Position numbers and translations under genes: made by a program. From positions 1 through 64,000 of the IMG/VR virus record IMGVR_UViG_3300020139_000001: a DNA stretch of 64,000 nucleotides; one strand, 5' to 3'. The DNA comes from a virus. Shown here piece after piece: positions 1 to 9,351 of this stretch; position 1 is the first letter of the stretch, and every line of letters starts with the position of its first letter. The notes beneath the pieces are model-generated. The model saw only the letters and a program-made list of their open reading frames with translations. It had not been told where the DNA came from and did no database searches.

Positions 1-873
1 AAAGAGTTAGGATCAAAGGTGTTCGAACTGCTTGGTGGCGCTATCAAGAAGTTAGTGTCTTTTGTAGTTAATCTACCTGACCAGCTTTCTCGTCTGCTAA
101 GTGGTGAGGGAGGAGTCTTTGAGAGAGTAGGCGGATTTCTTGGTGAGTTAGTTCCTTATGCGTTAGCTGCTGGCTTAACCTTTGGCACTTTAGGACGTGT
201 CTCTAGAGGCATACGGACTACGTACAGAGTTGCACGTGGCGCAATGGGGAAGATTGGGGGAATGTTTAAAAGAGAAAAAGGAGGTCCACCAACTGCAGCT
301 CCTTCCGCACCAGTAACGCCACCGCTTACTACAACCCCAAAGGCTCTTACACGCATAAGTGGTACTTTTGGACGTACATTACCAAGAGTTACGAGAGTAG
401 CAAGGTCAGTACTAAAGGGTGGAGGACTCGCAGGTCTTGGTTTAGCAGCTACAGACCTACTACTTCCAGACGAAGGTACTATAGGGGAAGCAAAGGGTGT
501 ATTAAGTGGTGCCCTTACGGGGGCAGCAATAGGCTCAATGATTCCTGGGGTTGGTACCTTGATTGGTGCAGGAGTAGGAGCAGGACTTCCATTGCTGTAT
601 AAGTTGGGCAAAAAACTTTTTGGACCAAGTCAAGCAGAAGCTACTGTTGCTCCACTTCCTATACAACGTGTGGAAGCTATTCCTATCCTTGGTCTGAAAG
701 ATCGGAAGGATCTGGTGAATGTAATAAAAGAAGGTGTGAGTGAAGGAATACAGGATGTACTTCTGAAACTAACACAGTTACAACAGCAAGCTAGAGGTGG
801 GGGAGTCACTCTTGCAATATCGCTTCCTTCTCCTCCATCAAAAGCTCTTTTTGCACCGGAGGGTACATGGTAA
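1..873 (+). CDS. C-terminal part of a tape-measure-like / glycine-zipper virion protein (open at left edge)
   Basis: The frame is open from base 1. Amphipathic Gly/Ala-rich segments and a glycine zipper GALTGAAIGSMIPGVGTLIGAGVGA are typical of tape-measure C-termini. Confidence 0.5.
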   Translation, partial: KELGSKVFELLGGAIKKLVSFVVNLPDQLSRLLSGEGGVFERVGGFLGELVPYALAAGLTFGTLGRVSRGIRTTYRVARGAMGKIGGMFKREKGGPPTAAPSAPVTPPLTTTPKALTRISGTFGRTLPRVTRVARSVLKGGGLAGLGLAATDLLLPDEGTIGEAKGVLSGALTGAAIGSMIPGVGTLIGAGVGAGLPLLYKLGKKLFGPSQAEATVAPLPIQRVEAIPILGLKDRKDLVNVIKEGVSEGIQDVLLKLTQLQQQARGGGVTLAISLPSPPSKALFAPEGTW

Positions 874-1419
874 CTATTAGATGCTTTCTTCATGAAGTTC
901 CAAGGCCCCTAGAGTTTACCTCGAAAGGTACACTGTCTGAGATACCTGCACCTACAGATATGCACCACCTCCAGTTTCCTCCACACGCCTTCTTCTGGAC
1001 TCCAAATGATAGCCGTATAGAGGCTCTCCATATATTTGACGATACTACGAAGCGGAACTCAACGTTTAAGATTATCATTCAATTATATACTCACAAAATT
1101 GTCCTCTCTTCGGATACAAACACCCAAATCTCCTCCTTACTAACTCAGTTGGAGGAAGCTAGTGCGAGATACCAATTTGTTGTCTTTAGAACCTCGAGCG
1201 ATCTTTTGGTGCTGAACAGTCGATACTTGTGTGGTGTATTAGCGCTTGACTCTAGTGGGCTCGAGTCAAATCAAGTGGCTGAAGGACAGAGTCCTAGTCA
1301 GAAGTAGTGGGTGCGGTCGGAGAGGTGTATAACAGCATCGAAACTCCGAGTGGGGTGATTAGCAAAATTAAGAGGATGGAGAACAATAGAAGTAGTAATC
1401 TATCTAAAGGAGGAGTCGC

Positions 1420-1890
1420 ATGACAATTGACGAAATCCTTGAAAGCCTCAAAACATTCGACACCGAAGAGCCTGAGTCGATCGTGAAGAAGAATCCATTC
1501 ATGAAAGGTGATAGGCTCAAGTCTCTTTCTCTGGATGAGGAGCAGGTACTTGAGAGCTCTTTCGACTTGCTTTCTTCTCTTAACGGCGACGAGAGTATCC
1601 TCGACTGGTCACTGTTCGAGGGCGACGAAGCTGAAACAGAGAACGAGGGTATTGAGGATCTCGACGTTGGCTTCGTTATAGGGTCTCAGCTTTTCGAGAG
1701 CATTCTCACAGAGCAGTGTCCTGAGGAAGAGGAAGAAGAGGAGGAGATGCCAGAGGAAGAAGAGGAGGAGCTTGAAGAGCCCGAAGAGGAGATACCAGAG
1801 GAAGAAGAAGAGGAGTTTGAAGAGCCCGAAGAGGAGATACCAGAGGAAGAAGAAGAGGAAGTAAGAGAAGACGAGCTTTTTGAGTTTTAG
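1420..1890 (+). CDS. Highly acidic protein, possible prohead core/scaffold component
   Basis: SD AAAGGAGGAG precedes it. It has a Glu-rich repeat tail and several (I/L/V)xE motifs (ILES, VLES, LFES, ILTE), and lies just upstream of the portal gene. Confidence 0.55.
   Translation: MTIDEILESLKTFDTEEPESIVKKNPFMKGDRLKSLSLDEEQVLESSFDLLSSLNGDESILDWSLFEGDEAETENEGIEDLDVGFVIGSQLFESILTEQCPEEEEEEEEMPEEEEEELEEPEEEIPEEEEEEFEEPEEEIPEEEEEEVREDELFEF
1741..1860 (+). repeat. 45-bp tandem repeat (~2.7 copies) encoding EE(M/I)PEEEEEE(L/F)EEPE
   Basis: Units start at 1741, 1786 and 1831. Confidence 0.9.
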
Positions 1891-1941
1891 ACTTTGACAC
1901 AATTCCCGTAACGCTATCTGTTCTCTGGATGTCACGAGTAC

Positions 1942-2328
1942 GTGATAGGAGGTGAAGGGGTGCTTGTTTTCATTGGATTGGGTATATGTGCCTTTTGTTT
2001 TATTTTTTGGTATCTCGCTAGAGTGCTCATTTATGGCTTGGTAGCAGAGAAATACTTAAAAGTCTTAGTGTTTACTTGTGATAGAGCATGGAACACCTTT
2101 GTAGTACATGAACTTACTCCACTACTGACGGCCGCAGGAGTGGAAGCACAACACTTAACAAAATACAGACAAGTATTTGTACAATCGGTACTATCTTACA
2201 TAAGTCCATTTCAAAAGCGTATCCTGTTGCATTACTTTTCTCCTCAAGGCCTAATAGCGCTCATAAGCAAAGAGTTTGACGTGCGTGTTACACCTTTACT
2301 CACTACGTCAACTAAGACGACCACATAA
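1942..2328 (+). CDS. Hypothetical membrane-anchored protein
   Basis: N-terminal hydrophobic helix; fills the gap before the portal gene. Confidence 0.55.
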   Translation: MIGGEGVLVFIGLGICAFCFIFWYLARVLIYGLVAEKYLKVLVFTCDRAWNTFVVHELTPLLTAAGVEAQHLTKYRQVFVQSVLSYISPFQKRILLHYFSPQGLIALISKEFDVRVTPLLTTSTKTTT

Positions 2329-2336
2329 GGAGAGCT

Positions 2337-4148
2337 ATGGATCTTAAAACACTCAGAAAGTTGGTGCTAAAACAGTCTCCTACTAGTGAGGAGATTGAGA
2401 AAGCTCTTGCCGATCTTGGCGCTAGTGTCATCGATTTTGGATCTGTGAAAACTGAGACGTTGATGAGAGTCTTTAGCTCGCTCTCGTCAACACTCAATGG
2501 TAAAACAAGCTCTACTTTGTCAACGCTAAACTCTCTCTTGCAAGGTGTAACTGTAGAAAGAGAGAGGCTAGAAAGGTACAGACTGATAAGAGAGTTGTTG
2601 AGTAGACTACCTGAGCTTGGACAAGCACTATCAGTATACATGGATGACGTACTGTCACCTGATGATTATCTTAAGGAGTCACTTGTCGTTTATAGTCCTA
2701 CAGATGATTCTGCTGCAGTTAACTATGTAAGCGACCTCCTTAAGAAATACAATTTAGAGGAGAAGATACCCATTCTAGTAGGTAAGACTCTGTTGTATGG
2801 CGATTTCTTTGTAGAACTAAGGGAAGCAGCTCTAGACTGGGGCAATCTGAGAGAGGAGCTAGTAATTAGGAAAGAGATCGCCAACAAGAAGGTAGTGATG
2901 GAGTCGTTCATACAGCAGAATGAACATGTCTTGACAGAAGAGGAAGAACAGAGGAAGACACTATTGTTACTGTTTTGGGAACCTGATAGAGTTGTACCGC
3001 TGATCTATCAAGATATGGTATTGGGCTACGTTGTAGTGAGACCTTATACGTCACCTTCAGCATATACATTGAGTACGAGCTCTCCAATCCCAGATGTCAA
3101 GCAAAACGAGGAAATAGTAAGAAGGGTTGTAGAGTACTTGTTGTCTAAGAAACCAGAGTTAGAGGCTGCAGTAAAGGATAGTCCTCATTTGTTCGACGAC
3201 CTCGCTGCTTTGGTGACGAATTACGCAGTATCAAAGCATCTAGAAGCGAGTGTATACTTCGTCCCACCAGAGAGGATGGAGTACTTTCGTATACCGTCTG
3301 CAAAACATTATCCATATGGTGAATCCATATTTTCCAACAATCTAATTATTGGGAGGTTGTTAGCAGTATTAGAACATTCTCTTGCTATCTATAGATTGAC
3401 TAGAGCTCCTGAGAGACGAATCTTTAAAGTGGAGGTAGGCGAAGAGAGGGACGTCACTGGTTACATCGAGAAGGTTATTAGGAAGACCAAACAAAAGGAA
3501 GTATTCCTCCAAGATCCTGTTAGTGTAGACACATTGATCTCTGAGCTCTCCTTATTTGAGGACTATTACGTGCCAACCAAAGATGGAAGGGAGTTCTTTA
3601 CCATCGAGAGTATACCTGGAGGAGAGTTGACTGCAAAAATTGAGGACATAGAGTACTTGAGAAAGAAGTTGGTAAGTGGTACAGGTATTCCTGCAATTTA
3701 TCTTGTGCAGGAGGACACCCCCGAATCAAAGTTCACATTAGCTCAGGAAAACGTGAAGTTTGCACGTACTATAGTGAAACTGCAAAAAGTGTTTACACAC
3801 CACCTTACTTCTCTAGTAAAGAAGATCTGTGCTCTTACCGATCCAAATATGTTGTCGAAAATACACAACACAACTATTACACTGAAACCACCTATTGCTA
3901 TTCAGATTGCTATCTATCAGGAATTGTTTGCTTCTATCCAAACTGTAGTCGAGAGCCTTTCAAATCTCGTTCCTGAGGTAGATAAGAAGAAGTTCGCTAG
4001 ACGTTATCTCACGCATCTCATTTCTCCACAAGAGCTTGACGACCTCATTCGTACGAGCAAGCTTGAAAAGGCTGCATCGACGAAAGTAAAAGCAGAAGCA
4101 GCGGAAGGAGAGGGAGAAGCTGCAGGTGTAGAGGAGGTTGAATTCTAA
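2337..4148 (+). CDS. Portal protein (T4 gp20-like)
   Basis: Motifs YGDFFVE, PYGESI, IYRLTRAPERRIFKVEVG, EDYYVP, IEDIEYLRKKL and ENVKFAR match gp20-family portals. Confidence 0.9.
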   Translation: MDLKTLRKLVLKQSPTSEEIEKALADLGASVIDFGSVKTETLMRVFSSLSSTLNGKTSSTLSTLNSLLQGVTVERERLERYRLIRELLSRLPELGQALSVYMDDVLSPDDYLKESLVVYSPTDDSAAVNYVSDLLKKYNLEEKIPILVGKTLLYGDFFVELREAALDWGNLREELVIRKEIANKKVVMESFIQQNEHVLTEEEEQRKTLLLLFWEPDRVVPLIYQDMVLGYVVVRPYTSPSAYTLSTSSPIPDVKQNEEIVRRVVEYLLSKKPELEAAVKDSPHLFDDLAALVTNYAVSKHLEASVYFVPPERMEYFRIPSAKHYPYGESIFSNNLIIGRLLAVLEHSLAIYRLTRAPERRIFKVEVGEERDVTGYIEKVIRKTKQKEVFLQDPVSVDTLISELSLFEDYYVPTKDGREFFTIESIPGGELTAKIEDIEYLRKKLVSGTGIPAIYLVQEDTPESKFTLAQENVKFARTIVKLQKVFTHHLTSLVKKICALTDPNMLSKIHNTTITLKPPIAIQIAIYQELFASIQTVVESLSNLVPEVDKKKFARRYLTHLISPQELDDLIRTSKLEKAASTKVKAEAAEGEGEAAGVEEVEF

Positions 4149-4393
4149 TGAGACCTGATCAAGCAAATAGACTTCTCCAACTGAAAAGATACTTTGCGAG
4201 TATCAGAGCGTACATCTCACGTCTCCACTTGGATACGGAGTATGAGTCACAGATGAGAGACTTACTTGATCTATGGACACTAACAGTTGATAACTCACCT
4301 CTCTATAATGAAAAGGAGCTAGATGATATTATACAGGGGCTGGAACAAGCTACTAAAGACTTAGTCACAAAGATCAAGTTGGAGGTAAGCTAG
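4148..4393 (+). CDS. Hypothetical protein in head module
   Basis: Translationally coupled to the portal gene (TAATG overlap). Confidence 0.6.
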   Translation: MRPDQANRLLQLKRYFASIRAYISRLHLDTEYESQMRDLLDLWTLTVDNSPLYNEKELDDIIQGLEQATKDLVTKIKLEVS

Positions 4394-4395
4394 TA

Positions 4396-5046
4396 ATGTT
4401 TCTAATACAAGAGGTCACCTCCGTTACTACTCCTGAGCTTTTGCGTGAGCAAAAGGAAGATGGACGTTGGAAGATACACTTTCGTGCTATCCTCCAAACA
4501 TGTGACGAAACCAACAGAAACAAGAGAATCTATCCCAAACAAGACTTGCAAGAGGCTATCGAAGCTGTAAGAGATAGAGTTGAGCAACGTGCTTTTTTAG
4601 GAGAGTTAGATCACCCAGCTATGACTTCTGATATGTCTAGGCAAGCTACTGTTCTTTTCAAGGAAGCTTCTCATGTGTTCACGAGGATCTGGTTCCAAGG
4701 CAAAGAAGTTTGGGGACAAGGTGAGACGTTAGCTACTCCTAATGGACAAATCCTAACTGCTCTGATAAAAGATAGAGTACCTATTGGGTTCTCTCTAAGG
4801 GCGTTAGGACAAGTGCAGGAAGGCCCTAGTGGTGTAAAAGTTGTTAAGAAGCCAATTCTAGTGGTCGCATATGATGCTGTGAGTAAACCCTCCCATGAGA
4901 AAGCCCTCCTCAAAGAGATTGTTTCGGAGAGCGTCTTTTGTATAGGCGATGTATGTGGAGTGTCTAATAGAGAGACCATAGAAGAGTTGAAGTTCATTCT
5001 GACTTTGAGAAATGAACTTCAACTTCTTTCTAGAAAGAGGAGATAA
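4396..5046 (+). CDS. Prohead core protease (T4 gp21-like)
   Basis: Motifs NRNKRIYP, FLGELDHP, TPNGQI, IGFSLRALG and YDAVSKPS. Confidence 0.9.
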   Translation: MFLIQEVTSVTTPELLREQKEDGRWKIHFRAILQTCDETNRNKRIYPKQDLQEAIEAVRDRVEQRAFLGELDHPAMTSDMSRQATVLFKEASHVFTRIWFQGKEVWGQGETLATPNGQILTALIKDRVPIGFSLRALGQVQEGPSGVKVVKKPILVVAYDAVSKPSHEKALLKEIVSESVFCIGDVCGVSNRETIEELKFILTLRNELQLLSRKRR

Positions 5047-5198
5047 TTAAAAGATAGTAAGAATCTAAGCAACTCCCTCCACTCCTCGGGGGTGCTGTGT
5101 GTTATGTTATACCTCTCATGAACAATTCATTCAGAATGGAAGTCATTGGAATGGAGTTCTCTTTAAAAACTCAAATCTTTCAAAGGAGGTAATTGTAG

Positions 5199-6674
5199 AT
5201 GCAAATCCTGTCTGAGTTCGACGTCAAGAGCTTACTGAAGGACACCTACGCTGTCGTTCAGGAAAGCTATGGTATTCATCCTGTAAAGGAGTTTAGAGCA
5301 GCTCTTGAGAGCGACGAGACATTCAACACATATGTGGATGCTCTTTCTCAAGGACTCTCTCCAAAGGATGAGATAGTATTTAAGAAATTAGCACAAAACT
5401 TGAGGGAGACAGTTCTTACGGAATCAAACTTCACGACAGCCTATAGCGCTTACAACTCACTTCTTCTTCCACTTCTGAGGATCTTCTTCCCGAGACTCGT
5501 GGCAAGAGAGGCTGTTAGCGTTGATCCAATGGAGAGGCCCTTCATCGTAAGATACTTCTTAAGAGCCGTTGCTAAGAAGCCAGATGGATCAATGACAGAG
5601 CTTCCTGACTACAGTGGTACAGCTTCTACAGGTCCCATGATCCCTGCATCGACAGTAATTACACTGACTGGTGGTCAGGGTTCTGGAAACCTGATTACTC
5701 TTGCGGGATACACTTCTGGCTCTCTCCAGAGGGACCTTACAGTCGTAAGTGTAACAGACGGCACTGATACAGTAGCCGTCAATGTTCAGCCAGATACTCT
5801 CACAGGCTCAGCTGAGTTCTCCGTAACCTATCCTACTAGTGGAAACACCGATAGGATTATAGTAAAAGTTAACTACGACACTGGACAGGTTGACATCCTA
5901 GCGGTAAATGGAGATACTACTGGTGTCTACTTCACCGGTACACTTACAGTGGAGTCCAATGCCCCCGATCAACTTACAACTGTAGAACTTAAGTTGGAGC
6001 CATATCAGATTGCAGCTGTAGCAAGAAAACTCAACATCAGATGGTCACCTGAGTTCGAGCAAGACGTGAAAGCTCTGTTTGATATTGACGCTCAGTCACA
6101 GTTGCTTTCACTTCTTGGTGCTCAGATAGCTACAGATGTTGATAGGGAGATACTAAACGATCTTACAACTGGTGCAAGCTCAGCCTACGCAACACAAGCT
6201 TCCTTCTCAACTACACCACCTGCTAACTTCGCATTCGGTCCAAAACAGTGGTATGAAAACATAGTGGTACAGATCAACTACCTTGCTGGACAGATCTACC
6301 ACAAGACTGCTATCGCTCCTGGTAACATCATCATCACAAGTCCTAAGAATGTTGCTATTCTCCAGAGCACAGGCGAGTACAGCAAGTTAGGAGATCTCAC
6401 AACTGGTGTGCTTGCTGGTACAACACCTTATGCTATTGGAGAGTTCTCCAACGCATATAAGGTACTTGTGACTCAGCTCATGCCAGATTCTCACATGCTC
6501 GTCATCCTGAAGCCTCAGGAGCCTGCAGCCGCCGTCTACGCTTACATGCCGTACATACCTACTTCAATCTATCCTTGGCCGATGATGAACGTGCCGAGCC
6601 TCACATTCATGACCAGGTACGCAAAGAGACTCTTCAGGCCACAGGGACTTGCAAGACTGGATATCACATCATAA
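5199..6674 (+). CDS. Major capsid protein (T4 gp23-like)
   Basis: Motifs LLPLLRIFFPRLVAREAVSVDPM, ARKLNIRWSPEFEQD, IATDVDREIL, YMPYIP and MTRYA. Strong SD, followed by a terminator. Probable propeptide cleavage at VLTE|S. Confidence 0.92.
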   Translation: MQILSEFDVKSLLKDTYAVVQESYGIHPVKEFRAALESDETFNTYVDALSQGLSPKDEIVFKKLAQNLRETVLTESNFTTAYSAYNSLLLPLLRIFFPRLVAREAVSVDPMERPFIVRYFLRAVAKKPDGSMTELPDYSGTASTGPMIPASTVITLTGGQGSGNLITLAGYTSGSLQRDLTVVSVTDGTDTVAVNVQPDTLTGSAEFSVTYPTSGNTDRIIVKVNYDTGQVDILAVNGDTTGVYFTGTLTVESNAPDQLTTVELKLEPYQIAAVARKLNIRWSPEFEQDVKALFDIDAQSQLLSLLGAQIATDVDREILNDLTTGASSAYATQASFSTTPPANFAFGPKQWYENIVVQINYLAGQIYHKTAIAPGNIIITSPKNVAILQSTGEYSKLGDLTTGVLAGTTPYAIGEFSNAYKVLVTQLMPDSHMLVILKPQEPAAAVYAYMPYIPTSIYPWPMMNVPSLTFMTRYAKRLFRPQGLARLDITS

Positions 6675-6694
6675 GTGACGGGATAGCACCTCAC

Positions 6695-6733
6695 ATCTCT
6701 AAGCCTTCCGATGAGGGGGGCTTAGAGATTTTT
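6695..6733 (+). terminator. Rho-independent terminator after the major capsid gene
   Basis: Stem ATCTCTAAGCCTTCC...GGGGGCTTAGAGAT followed by a T tract. Confidence 0.85.
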
Positions 6734-6737
6734 ATAG

Positions 6738-7394
6738 GTGATGGATATGATGAGACTCTTTAAGGCACTTACGGTCGTAGGAATTAGCACTTTCATTGCA
6801 TTTCACTCTCAACAATTTCTAAGGTTGCTAGAGCCAAATGTAGTGTTTGCTTGGTTAGCAGCTATCTTGATCGAATGCGTGATCATTATACTAGCTCTAG
6901 AGTCCACTAAGCTTAGCAAACTCTTACTCATTTTAGTAGTATGTATAAGCGTAGGAGCTGCTACAGGATCCTTTCTCTCGAGTCATGGCGATCTATTAGA
7001 GAAGTTACTAGTTAAGAGGGCAGCAGTCGAATTGTTGGAGAGAGATGTTATGTTAACACAACAAGAAGGAGCTTTGAAAGAGAAGTATCTCACTAAGTCT
7101 ATCAGGAGAAGTAGAGCTCTGAGAGACGAACTCTATAAATGGATTACACAGAGTGAAGGCACATATACAGTAGGCTATAAGTTAGGTGCGTTCTTTCTCC
7201 TCATATTCATCCTTCAAATCTCAAATGTTTATATTGCTTCTTCTTTGAAGTCGGGAAAGCTTGTAGGTCCAAAAGAAGTAGCGCTCTCAAGCCTAGCAAT
7301 GAAGGCTCGGGCGTCTAAGCCTATAGTACAAAGAGTACTGTCTGCTCTACAAAAGGACAAAGTACTCTCGCCTAGAGACTTCACTTTCAAGTGA
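6738..7394 (+). CDS. Hypothetical multi-pass membrane protein with a coiled-coil segment
   Basis: Three N-terminal hydrophobic helices and one C-terminal helix. Confidence 0.65.
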   Translation: MMDMMRLFKALTVVGISTFIAFHSQQFLRLLEPNVVFAWLAAILIECVIIILALESTKLSKLLLILVVCISVGAATGSFLSSHGDLLEKLLVKRAAVELLERDVMLTQQEGALKEKYLTKSIRRSRALRDELYKWITQSEGTYTVGYKLGAFFLLIFILQISNVYIASSLKSGKLVGPKEVALSSLAMKARASKPIVQRVLSALQKDKVLSPRDFTFK

Positions 7395-7400
7395 ACAAAT
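7391..7400 (+). promoter_or_regulatory. Putative late promoter motif GTGAACAAAT
   Basis: An identical 10-mer lies upstream of the tail sheath gene (34910-34901, minus strand). Related motifs precede other structural genes. Confidence 0.6.
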
Positions 7401-7435
7401 TCTAGAACAGTTAAACAGGGCTAGGAGGTATTTGC

Positions 7436-8476
7436 ATGACTTATTCTGCATTGTTACTTGAGGAAGCTACACCACGTGGACCTGTTAAATCTCGAGCTCT
7501 AACTTTACTAAGAAAGCTCAAGGACCTCGCTAAAGGTGGTGTTAGACGCGTAATAGGTCGAGGTGTGGTTAAAGCAGGTATTGGTTATATAACAGGTGAG
7601 AGAGGAGAGATAGGTAGCGCTGCTGCGGAAGCGGCAGCTGTCGCCGGAGTTGGAAAGCTCATTGACAAGGCTATGGACGCAGCTATACACGTTGTTGCTA
7701 GAACGCCCGCAGACAAGATCACTGTTGTTGATCCTGCGGCTAGTACCCAGCTCTCTATTCCTGCGGGGGCTGTTAAGCTTGAGGCAGAGCTACTCGAGCA
7801 GGAAGATGAGGAGATGGGTGTTCCAGAAATACGCGCCGGAGGTAGTTTTTGGAGCAGGATCGTCTCGCTGTTTAAGTCTCTCTTGAGTGGGGGCGTACTA
7901 CGCGTACTCCTCTTTTGCGTGGGACTAATCGTATTCTTTGCCTTTGTGCTAGGGGTTGTGAGCGAAACTGTGTCCACTTGGCTAGAGAGTCAGCTTACTA
8001 AGTTCGCCCAAGGAGCACAGAACGCTCTCGCAGATTTAGCTAAGAGACAAGAGGAAGCGGCTAAGGCTGCAGGAAAGGAGAGTCCGGGGGAATACAGGCG
8101 TGGGTTTGTGTCTCCGCTAAAACTTATTTTCGATCAAACGCGCAAACTGTTGGAGTTTATACGTGTACGTATGCGTCTGATGAGAGAGGCATTCCAGAGA
8201 TTTGTGGACGAAAACAGGGAGAAGGAAGGATACGAAGGTTTCTTTGGAAAGGTAAAGCTGTACGCAGTAGCCTATTGGAGAGCGATCAAAACATTCTTTG
8301 TTGGCCTAAAGGGCAAGGAGGGAGCTGAAGGACCAGCAAGTATTGGAGACTTTCTTCGTCTGTTGTTAGCACCCATAATACTAGCGCTCTACATCTTTGG
8401 ACGTGGTGTGAAAGGATTGTTTAGTGGATTGGTGCTGAGATCTTCGTTGGGAGATGAGAAAAAAACTAAAGCGTGA
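7436..8476 (+). CDS. Membrane-segment protein with N-terminal YSxxLxE propeptide-like motif (candidate internal head protein)
   Basis: Starts MTYSALLLEE, has an internal ELLEQE, two hydrophobic helices and an amphipathic SFWSRIVSLFK. SD GGAGG. Confidence 0.6.
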   Translation: MTYSALLLEEATPRGPVKSRALTLLRKLKDLAKGGVRRVIGRGVVKAGIGYITGERGEIGSAAAEAAAVAGVGKLIDKAMDAAIHVVARTPADKITVVDPAASTQLSIPAGAVKLEAELLEQEDEEMGVPEIRAGGSFWSRIVSLFKSLLSGGVLRVLLFCVGLIVFFAFVLGVVSETVSTWLESQLTKFAQGAQNALADLAKRQEEAAKAAGKESPGEYRRGFVSPLKLIFDQTRKLLEFIRVRMRLMREAFQRFVDENREKEGYEGFFGKVKLYAVAYWRAIKTFFVGLKGKEGAEGPASIGDFLRLLLAPIILALYIFGRGVKGLFSGLVLRSSLGDEKKTKA

Positions 8477-8664
8477 CGTAAAGGAACTGAAGAAGGACGC
8501 AGAGGGGGAAACTAAAAGAATCAGAAGCAAAACCCGCAGAAGTAGTCGTCTACGTCTCTGAATTTACAGACTTGCTAAAGGCACAATCCGAGTGCTACGG
8601 GCACCGTTGTATTTCACATTAACATTAGCCTACTGCTTGCATTCGTCGCATTAGCAGAGTTTAC

Positions 8665-8678
8665 TAATACATATATTT
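8665..8678 (+). promoter_or_regulatory. Putative early/middle promoter motif TAATACATATATTT
   Basis: Exact 14-bp copy at 62025-62038; core ACATATATT also at 29118. Each core lies 70-80 nt upstream of the first ATG of a non-structural operon. Confidence 0.55.
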
Positions 8679-8748
8679 TTAACTTTGACATAGATCGTTG
8701 TGTTAGCCCCCTTGGAGGTTACAACAATATTTTTTGATGGAGGAGAAT

Positions 8749-9351
8749 ATGTCTAGGTCTCTAGAAGCGCGTCTGGAGAGAGCTCTCTCGAAAGGAGACG
8801 AGGAAGTACTACGTATTGTTGAAGGTGCACTTCTTCGTGAGAAGTACGACTTCATTCGCCACTACACCCTACCTGCGATGATAGACAACACGTATGCCCC
8901 TGCGTTCGGATGGTCTGCTGAGTTCAGACGGAAGAATGACTACCTAGAGTTTGTAGATAGTCTGATGGGGGAAGATTGGGCTTACAACACGTTAGTAAAG
9001 TATGTACGAGAGAACATCGAGGATTACACTACTCCAGACGAGATAGAAGAAGCGGAGGGATACTACGATAACGGAGTAACTGGCCTAGCAGAGGAGATCG
9101 TAAGTAAGCTCTCGTTGAAGGAGGTGATCGATATATTGAGTTCGGACCTACATTCTTATGTAAAAAGCCATAGAGACGAGGTTGAGCAGTGGATCGAAAA
9201 GAACTTCGACTATGGTACAATAGTGTACGAAATCGAAGCAACTCTTGAGGAGATGAGTACGGAGGGTATGATAGATATCGTAGAGGCTCATGGATCTCTA
9301 ACAGACTTAGAAGAAGCGTTGAATAGGTTCGAGGAGAAGGAGGAAAAATGA
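8749..9351 (+). CDS. Acidic hypothetical protein
   Basis: SD GGAGGAG before the ATG at 8749; about one residue in four is Asp/Glu. Confidence 0.7.
   Translation: MSRSLEARLERALSKGDEEVLRIVEGALLREKYDFIRHYTLPAMIDNTYAPAFGWSAEFRRKNDYLEFVDSLMGEDWAYNTLVKYVRENIEDYTTPDEIEEAEGYYDNGVTGLAEEIVSKLSLKEVIDILSSDLHSYVKSHRDEVEQWIEKNFDYGTIVYEIEATLEEMSTEGMIDIVEAHGSLTDLEEALNRFEEKEEK

Noticed and set aside
867-1307. 146-aa plus-strand ORF and short minus-strand ORFs in the same interval
   Set aside because: No convincing SD or recognisable motif. I could not decide whether the interval is coding, so no feature was called.
1741-1860. 45-bp repeats as a CRISPR array or regulatory repeat
   Set aside because: They are contiguous in-frame coding repeats with no unique spacers.
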